From assembly GCA_964057225.1 (NCBI GenBank), contig OZ059895.1, positions 5,704,001-5,768,000 of the forward strand: a DNA stretch of 64,000 nt. Direction: 5' to 3'. The translations under genes and the position numbers were made by a program. Source of the DNA: Auanema rhodensis. Taxonomy: Eukaryota; Animalia; Nematoda. A model generated the notes under the pieces. It was not told the origin of the DNA and did not search any database. It worked only from the letters and a program-made list of their open reading frames with translations. This document shows, piece after piece, positions 54,476-64,000 of the stretch; position 1 is the stretch's first letter, and every line of letters begins with the position of its first letter.

Positions 54476-54806
54476 CTGGAATAAATGAATGTTATTAGTA
54501 AATAAAAGCTGAATATATAATATTAGTGTTAAAAATTATATGATGAATACTGACGTCACTCTCTCGAATATGATTTAATTGGTCCTTGCACGAAAATATT
54601 TTGGAAGTTGCGGTAAAATATAATGTTTGAACAATCATGAAATTTAGCTTCAAACTTTAATGTTGAATAATACGAATTTACAATTTTACCTTTTTTAATA
54701 CTAATTAAATATGCATTAAATATGCAAAAGCTCTAAAAATATCTGATCTTTTTTTTATTTATTACTATTAAGCCTATTTTCTATTGACAAATATATATGC
54801 TATATT
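54476..54806. promoter_or_regulatory. Compact bidirectional promoter region for png-1 and pole-1
   Basis: The divergent ATGs are separated by only 331 bp; CRE palindrome TGACGTCA at 54551. Confidence 0.6.
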
Positions 54807-57800
54807 ATGGCTGACGACAAGGACGATTTGTTAGCTCAAGCAGTTGAAAAGTATAGTTTCTAAAAGCGAAATGAGATTAAAATATGTTTTTCTTTATTGT
54901 AGCGATGCTAACTATGAAGAAAGGGTAAAGCGAATCAAAACACAGGATATTACTGATTCAAAATATGGATTTAACAGATATACTTCTCCTGTTGAAAAGA
55001 ATGCTTGGCTTGTAAACATTCAACCTGTAAGTCTTTGAACATGAAGTAATCAAATATTTGTTTCACATATAGTCCGAGATAGTTGATGATCAAACGAAAG
55101 TGATTGTTTCTGCTGTGGATTTTTATTTTATTGAGGATAGTGGAAATAGATTTAAGGTAAGATTACTGTACAAGTAATCATGAATTCTGAATATTATAGA
55201 TTTCTTATCCTTTCCGGCCATATTTTTATCTCTCGACAGTCGATGAGTCCGAATATCAAGTGGCATCGTACATTACTAAAAAATATAATAGCTTTATTAT
55301 AGTTGAACATGTTGAAAAAGAAGACCTAGATTTGGTATAGTTTACCTTTTAATTTCATATCGAAAAATATTTTTCAGAAAAATCATTTGTCAGGTTTAAA
55401 GAAAATGTACATTAAATTATCATTTCCTTCTTTAAATGAGCTAAATCGTGTTCGAAAGGACTTGATGCCTATAATTAGGAAAAACAAAGACAGAATCAAA
55501 AAAGAATCTCAATATGTTAGTTTCTTGGCAAGGTTATTAATCTAAGTCAACTATATTCTAATAAATGTTTTTAGAAATATGGGTGGACAAAACTATAATC
55601 TTCAAGAGAATGATATATTGTCTGATATCATTGATATACGGTTAGTAAAGCATAACATTGTTTGTGGCATATTCTTAGTTTAGTGAGTATGATCTTCCAT
55701 TTCATATGAGAGTTGCCATTGACAAAAAAATTTTTGTTGGAAAATGGTATGCCGTTAAAGGATTAACTGCTCAGAGAGTCCCATCTATAGAATGGTTTGA
55801 ATAACACTCATTGCTTGTTATTTGCTTTCCTTTTAGTCATCCTACTCTGATTGATCCTGTAGATCCAGTAGTTTTGGCTTTTGATATCGAGACTACAAAA
55901 TTGCCTTTGAAATTCCCCGATGCACAAACTGATGAGATCATGATGATCTCATATATGGTTGATGGAAAAGGTTTTCTAATTATCAACAGAGAAATAGTTT
56001 CTTCGGATATTGAAAACTTCGAGTATACCCCCAAAGAAGAGTACAAAGGAGAATTCACTGTTTGGAATGAAGCTGATGAGACCGAAACAATTCGAAGGTA
56101 TTTCTTAGTTATAATATTTTATTCAATTTGTAATTTTCAGATTTTTTGATCATATTTTAGAAATCCAACCTAATGTAATTGTAACATATAACGGAGATTT
56201 TTTCGATTGGTATATCTTTATTTAAATTTTCTTGTATAAAAGCTATTTTCTTGAGGCCTTTTGTGGAAACTAGAGCTAAAATTAGAGGTATTAACATGGA
56301 GGAAGAAATTGGATTTGCGAAAGATAATCAAGACGAATTTAAATGCAGGAACTGTATACACATGGACGCTTTCCGGTTAAAATTTAATATAGAATTTAAA
56401 ACAATAATTATTATTATTTTAGTTGGGTAAAGCGTGATTCTTATTTACCAGTTGGTAGTCAAAACTTAAAAGCTGTTGCTAAAGCTAAATTGAGATATGA
56501 TCCTGTTGAAGTTGATCCGGAAGAAATGTGTAGGATGGCCAGGGAAGATCCTCAGGTACTAATATAACTTTATTTTTTTCAAATTCTCTTTCGAAATTAT
56601 AGAATTTATCTAATTATTCTGTTTCTGATGCTGTTGCTACATATTATCTGTATATGAAATATGTTCATCCATTCGTGTTTGCTTTATGCACTATTATCCC
56701 ACTTGGTCCAGATGATGTGAGAATTTTCTTAGACACTTTATCAGCCATTGTTTTAGGTGTTACGTAAAGGTTCTGGTACTCTTTGCGAAGCTTTGCTAAT
56801 GGTGGAAGCATTTCATAATAATATTGTATTTCCCAACAAATACACTGGAAATGAAGAAGTACAAATGACTCGAGATGGGCACAGGTCTTTCTGATTTTCT
56901 ATCCACACTCACCAACATTTTTAGAATAGAAAGTGAAACATATGTTGGTGGACATGTAGAAGCTTTAGAAGCAGGAGTTTTTCGTGCAGATATTCCCTGC
57001 CGGTGAGTTCTTTTCGGGAATGTATAATGTGATATTATAAAGTTCAGGTTCCGTTTAGTACCATCTGCATTAGAAAATTTACGCGATGAAGTTCTAGTAA
57101 CTATCGAGAAGGAATTAATTCGTGAATTTGGTATTCCTCTTGAGAATGTTGTTGATTTTGAAGAAAGAGTAAGAAAAATAAATCAGATCAACGTTCATAT
57201 ATTATAATATAGTGTGCCGAAATTCAAGAAATGTTCAATGATATGATAAAAATTCCATCTCGTTTGGAGAATCCCAGAATTTACCATTTGGATGTCGGAG
57301 CTATGTATCCTAACATCATTCTTACAAATCGCCTCCAAGTTCGTTCACAAAAAACATAGAATATTATACTTTTTATGCAGCCTTGTGCTATGGTGGATGA
57401 AGAAACTTGTATGGCATGCGTGTACAACAAACCAAATGCCAAGTGTAAGCGAAACATGTCTTGGGAATGGCGTGGAGAATTAAGTTTGTTGAAATTTATT
57501 ATATTCTTCTAATCAAATCAAAAAATTTAGCACCTGCAACAAGAGGAGAATATCAGCAAATTATGCAACAGCTTGAAGGTGAAACCTTTGGAAAACCACC
57601 AAAAGCTTATCATCAATTACCAAGAGAAGAGAGAATGGCTATTGAAAAGAAGCGTGTTCAGGGTTTAAATTTCTATCTTCTTTGTTTTTGATTCTGAGTT
57701 GTTTTTCAGATTACAGTAGAAGAGTTTATGGTAAAAATCATTTGACTCGTCTGGAAGTGCGAAAGACAACAATTTGCCAACGAGAAAATGCTTTCTATGT

Positions 57801-60800
57801 TGACACTGTTCGCAATTTCCGTGACAGACGGTAAACGACCTTTTCTTCAATTTATTTTCAATGTTCCACTTCTTAGCTATGATTACAAAGAACTTTTGAA
57901 AAAAGCTAAGAATGCTCTGGATGTAATTCCTAAAGATGATGTTGGTGGTATTAAAGCTGCTCAAGGTCGTGTTGTGTTATATGAGTCACTTCAATTAGCT
58001 CACAAGTGTATTCTTAATTCCTTCTATGGTTATGTAATGAGAAAAGGAAGTAGATGGTAATTTGTATCTACAGTTTCTAGTGTATGAAAGAAACTTAGGT
58101 TTTCCATGGAAATGGCTGGTATTGTATGTCACACGGGAGCGAACATTATTACTGAAGCTCGGAAACTCGTTGAGCAAATTGGAAAACCTTTGGAGTTGGA
58201 TACAGACGGTATTGCAATATATCAATATATTTATGAAGTATACCTAATTCGTATAATTCTTAAGGTATCTGGTGTTTGCTACCTGGGTCGTTTCCTGAAA
58301 ATGTAACATTCCAGTTACAGAATCACAAGAAGAAATCTGTTAGTTTAAAAGTTTAAGCTTTCTCGGTTATTCGATTTCAAATGTTTAGATTACGGTATCA
58401 TATCCAGCTGCTATGTTAAATGCATTGGTTAATCTTGCTTTCACTAATGATCAGTATCATAATTTGCAACCGGATGGAAGTTACTCTGTTTCATCTGAAA
58501 ACTCAATTTTCTTTGAAGTCGACGGCCCTTATCAATGTATGGTTCTGCCAGCATCAAAAGAAGAAGGAAAAAAATTGAAAAAACGGTAACCGTAGGGTTG
58601 AAGATTATTTTAATAATGTTATTAATAGTTATGCTGTTTTCAACTTTGATGGCAGCTTAGCTGAGTTAAAAGGTTTTGAAGTCAAACGTCGTGGAGAATT
58701 AAATATTATCAAGCATTTTCAATCCTCAGTATTCAAAGCTTTCTTACGTGGAGGATCGTTAGCAGAGGTACGTATTAAACTGAAGAAGAAGTTTAATAAA
58801 CGTTGATATAGTGCTACGAGAGTGTTGCTCGAGAGGCTGATTATTGGCTTGATGTTCTCTTCTCTAGAGGAGTAGATCTTCATGAAAATGAATTGTTTGA
58901 TTTGATTTCTGAGAACAGAAGTATGTCCCGTAAATTGGAAGAGTATGGAGGACAAAAGAGTACCAGTATCAGAACGGCAAAGCGTCTGGCTGAATTTTTA
59001 GGAGAAGATATGGTCAAGGTACTCCAGCAAGATAAGACCAAATCAACAGAAATATAATGTATTTGTAGGACGCTGGTTTAGCATGTCGATTTGTTATTTC
59101 TCGCCATCCAATAGGCTCACCTGTAACTGATAGAGCTGTTCCTGTGGCTATTTTCCAAGCGGATCCTAAAACAACGGCTCATTACTTAAGATCTTGGACG
59201 AAGCAGTCTAACATCACTCCTGATAACATAAATCTTCGTGATGTAATTTTTTTAAAATTCCGTTTTTATTGTTTGTTTGTTTTCAGCTTCTTGATTGGGA
59301 TTATTATGTAGAACGTTTGGGAAGTTGTGTTCAAAAGATCATCACTATTCCAGCAGCATTACAAGGTATTTCTAATCCAGTACCGAGAATTGCTCATCCT
59401 GAATGGTTAGACAATAAAATTAAGAATAGGTTTGCTCATTAATTGTATAATTCTAATTTTTCTTGTTGTTTCAGATTTGATTCAATACGCCAACCTAGAA
59501 TAACTGATCTTTTTGCAAAAGTTGCAAAACCAGCTGTAAACGAATTGAATGACCATGGAAAAAGAACACTAACCAATGATGATTCTATATTAGGTGCTGA
59601 GAGTAACAAGGAGAATGAACCCAAACGTTCCAAAAAAATTGACTCCAAGGTCCAAACTACTTTGAATTCTTTGTATATTTATATATATATATATCTAAAA
59701 ATTTTTAGGAAACCGACGCAGTTTTGGAGAAAAAAACCATAGCGGAACATGGAGTAAACGAATGGCTTTCTTTCTTGAAGGCAAAATGGAAAATACAGAG
59801 AAAAATGAGATCTCAAAGAGCAGCAGAACTAGGTTTTTTTAAATCAAATTGAACTCAATTATTTTTGCAAATCTTTATAGGCAGCTCTGCTGCTGATCGA
59901 ATGCTAACGAGCAATCGCGAACGCGTTAAAGAAAGAACTTGGCAGGTTAGTAATTCATACCAAACAAGCTTAATTTCATTTTCGTTCTAGATTTTATCGA
60001 TTGAGGAAAATACAAGAAGTCCTGGTTATTTTAACATCTGGGTTGCAGTAGAGGGTCAGATGAACAAATATTCTTTAAAGGTAGATCGAAGTATCTTTGT
60101 CAACGCTAAGGTTCGCTTATATTGTCTTGTAACTTTTATAACTAATTCTATATTTAGAAACCACGAGCAGGTAAAGAAACTGTGCGTAAAACACTTCCAC
60201 ATCGGAAGGAAGTTCATTACCTCTATGAATATAAGACCGAAGAAGCTGATTTCCGAAAACAGTTGGATCAAGCCAATGCTGAGCTTTGTTGTGCTGAAAT
60301 AGAAGGAATTTATGAGTCTCAAACACCATTGTTATTCCGAGCTCTTACTACATTAGGATGTATTTGCCGTCCTACTATGCCTCCTGTATCTGGCACATAT
60401 TCACTAGACAGCTTGAAAATGATATCATTAGCAACATCTTCAACCACTTATTTGCAAGATGGGCATATCAGATCGATTTTCCTGTATAAGTTTTCTCAAG
60501 TTAGCCTAAGATATTTTAACTCCTTTTTCTAAATTATTATTTTTGTAAGGATTCCCGACAAGTTTGGTGCCTCGTTGATGCTTTGACTGGTGAAGGGGCA
60601 TTTTTCATTGTTACTAAAGGAGAGTTAGCAGTACCAAATATAGATAAAATTTATTCAAAGATGTACGAGGAAAAAAGGTATTTTTTAAAGTTTCAAAATT
60701 GATATTTAATCTCAATTCTATAGATCTGAGTTGAGCTATATTCGAACATCCGAAATAAAATCGGAAATACGTTTCACAGCTAGAATATATGGTAGTCATA

Positions 60801-63239
60801 AAGATTGTGAAAAAGATATTGGCCGTGCTCTACGTACATATCGAGAAGCAACTACTAAACCCACACTTCTTGTAATGATTGTAGATGAGGAACCTCATCT
60901 AATTGTATGAATATATTCTTGTGATTTAGGCTCTATTTTTTTCGTTTCAGACTAATCGAATTCCCAACTTCTCACTATTTCCTCATGTGAAACTTCACAT
61001 TTCTGAACCATCAAATCTATTAAATCAATTGGATTGGCAAAAGACTATGAGTTACCGTGTGATTAAGCATTACTTCCATTCTTTCTTCTATCTTGATGTA
61101 AGATCTGCTTCTCTTTTTCTCACTTTAATGAAATTTACAGGATTATGCTCTTTGGAGTAGACACTTGCATATACCGATTGGTAATGTTCCAATAGATCCT
61201 GCTATGATGGGTATAGATCTGTTCTTTGCACGTCAGTTGATTTATGCTGGACACGTACTTTGGGCCTCTCCATCCAGCCGACCAGATCTAGGTGGAAAAG
61301 TAAGCTTATAGCTTTTTTCATATACTGAGATTTTCTTGATTAGGAATTGGATGATTTGCGTCTAGCTATTGACTGGAAGCCACTAGATCGTGATCATTCT
61401 GTGTTGTTGGAAAAGCCATGTTTTATGGGTAAGGCTTGTGTGGAGTTAGAAATAGGAGCTGTAGCTGTCACTTCTCTTGTACAACGTGGAAGATTATTAG
61501 AAGCTGAAGGAGCTGATGACAATGTAACTTTTGATACCACTGCCGTAGTACCTGTTGATGCTGCTCTTGGATTGAAGTATGAAACTTGCTGGTGTTTAAT
61601 TATATATTCATAATACATAGGAATGCTCTATCATCCTATGATGAAGGAGCTGCAGTTGATGGAGCTATAAAGATTTTGAAACAACTTCTAGCTGACTGCG
61701 TACGCCAAATCACTCATGGTGCTAGTAAACAAGCTGATGAAATGGCTATATCATTAAACAGGTTTCCAAATATCATGCTGCTTTACTTTTGTAATCTTAA
61801 TTATTACAGATGGCTTCATACTCAGTCAAATATTTTGTATGATCCAGCTATCACTAGAAGTATTTCAGTGCTTGAAAAGAAACTTGTACTCCTGCTAGCA
61901 GCTGAAATTGAAAGATTGGGTGGAAAGGTACAAATGTTAAACATCTGCAACTATTATTCAAATTTAGGTGATTCATGCAACACCAACAAAAATAATTCTT
62001 TGTACTGGCCGTGATAAATGTGAAGCAGCTAACGATTTTGCTGAAATGCTTATTCGTTCTTTGGGTAATAATCCATTATTTGCTGCTCTCTCTTTAAAAG
62101 TTGTCAATTGTTGGGATGCTCTTCTGTGGAAAGACTGTTATAACTATACTGGTATTAAATTAAATAGTTATTCATGAAACTAAAGTTCGATTATAGGTAT
62201 TGGAGAAAAACGTGTAGTTGAAATGGAGCAAGATGAGGACGGTAATTCGTTGGAACTTACTACTACTCAACCTATTACTCACGTATTTCTTCATTCATTG
62301 TTGAAATATTTCTATTCATATTTCAGACTCGTTGGAGAATTGCTGATAATTTACCAAAGGAAGCTGGAGTCCAAGAAGAATTCGCAAAAATTGTTTCTGG
62401 TTTTGTACTGTTGTTCGCTCAAAAACAAAAAGAAATGGTTTTAATTTTGTATAATAATTCTCTGAATTCAATTTTTTATCAGGATTTTGATGAGGAAGCT
62501 GGTTGCTTATTCCGTTCAGATTTAATTGGAAAACATATCGGACATCGATTATTACGGGTGATTAACAATCTTACTACTCAAAGTGAAGATGGTATTGCTG
62601 CTGCTACAGCTCTTGTTGATCGGGTACGGGTATTTCTATAATTTATTCAGGCATATCAAATAATTTCCCAGGTTTGTCAAGCTTTAAGTTGCGATCAAGG
62701 TTGTGACGACGCTGTTGACGCTTTGAAAGAGGGCTGCAAAAGACTATTAGAAGGTCAAGATGCTCCTGCTCAACCACCAAAAATTTTCATTGCTAACCTG
62801 TTCTGCACGAATTGTGGGCAGTCAAGTGACATTGATATTGGTGACAACCTGGCTTGGACGTGCTCAGGATGTGAAAAGGTCTTTTTTATTTTCCATATTC
62901 TTTTAACATTATAATGTGTTTAGTCTCTGAATGTAAATACTGTTGATGATGCCGTGGCTGAACGACTGAATCAAATGCTGACAGCATATCTATTGCAAGA
63001 TCATTCATGTGGCAAATGCAAAAGCGTAAGTTATTATTGAATTTCGGTATTAATTATTTATGTCTCAGATTCGCCGTGATTACCTTTCGAAGCTTTGTGA
63101 TTGCTGCGGACCTTATTCGAATTCAATAAGTTCTGATGATCTCCTGTCCAATGCACTTGCTGTGTCAGAAATAGCGGAGTTGAAAGGCTTAACTAACTCT
63201 AATGAATTAGCTCAATGGATCTCATATTCCTTCCAATAA
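54807..63239 (+). CDS. pole-1: DNA polymerase epsilon catalytic subunit
   Basis: About 46 exons. Exo[75 protein letters not shown], and C-terminal CysA/CysB clusters. Confidence 0.97.
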
Positions 63240-63428
63240 TCTCTAGTCATTAGTTCAAAAATGTTTTTACATATATTTCGTACGGTGATATAATTTTATA
63301 CTAATTGATTAGATAACTCACCATTTGTGAATGCGTTTGTCTTTTTTCTTAATTGTATATCAATTTCATGATAAATTGAATATTTATCAAAATCAGTTTT
63401 TTTATTATTTGAATATTCTTCAGCGGTT

Positions 63429-64000
63429 ATGCTAGACTCTTATTTAAACTTCCAATCAACCCCTTGGACAAGGTAAAAGTTGAACAGTTAAGTGTTTATG
63501 GCTAAGTTTTCTAGGGAATTCATGTATCGTACCGTTTCCTTGTCTCTTGGAATTCCCGGGCTTGGCATCAATGGTTTCATTATTTATCGTCTTTTACGAA
63601 AAAATTGTCCGCTTAAAAAGCCGTTCAAATACGTATTGTGCAGAAACGTGGTTTGCAACTTACAAGAAGATGCGTTATAATTGTTCTTACTTAAGTATTT
63701 TAATCTCATGTTCGCCTTTGTTTTGACCATTTTATTCCAACCTCTTCCATTTGCTGACAAACTTTCTTTAGCATGCTTAGGTTTGGCATCAGTGATTCCG
63801 TATGAGATCGTCACACCTTTACTAGTATGTGTATATAAATAAAGAAATAATAACATTATTAAACTACAGTGTTCTTTGACACTGTACTATCTAGCTCAAA
63901 TTATTGCTAGTATCGATCTATGTGCTATGTTCAGGTAGATGTACTTATATTTAGATAATTAATGGTTGATTCCTTCAGATACTATGCAATTCGTGGATAC
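63429..64000 (+). CDS. Serpentine 7TM chemoreceptor (srh/sri/str-like), 5' portion, truncated by the window end
   Basis: Spliced hydrophobic helices SLSLGIPGLGINGFIIYRLL, YFNLMFAFVLTILFQPLP, LACLGL and LCAMFR|YYAI; acceptor just before the ATG. Confidence 0.6.

Overview
AT-rich nematode genomic DNA. Short 40-60 nt GT-AG introns, TTTCAG/TTTTAG trans-splice-type acceptors and a nematode-type U1 suggest a compact rhabditid (clade V) genome, but the species cannot be fixed from this window. Thirteen spliced protein-coding loci were reconstructed by hand: a partial MFS/SLC17-like transporter, an Ikaros/hunchback-type zinc-finger protein, rbg-2 (Rab3GAP2), pnk-1, a proline-rich orphan, an ataxin-1-like AXH protein, chdp-1, a secreted orphan, a protein tyrosine phosphatase, a hexokinase, png-1, pole-1 and the 5' part of a serpentine chemoreceptor. 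The main non-obvious result is that the 367/366-bp tandem repeat at 49.8-51.5 kb is an array of five identical, non-intronic U15/SNORD15-like C/D box snoRNA genes, lying tail-to-tail with a U1 snRNA gene. Other leads are an unclassified structured element in the one long rbg-2 intron, a 372-bp direct repeat flanking 2.8 kb, a duplicated element upstream of chdp-1, and an orphan TATA promoter followed by alternative hairpins. Gene models and RNA folds are by eye and were not computed.
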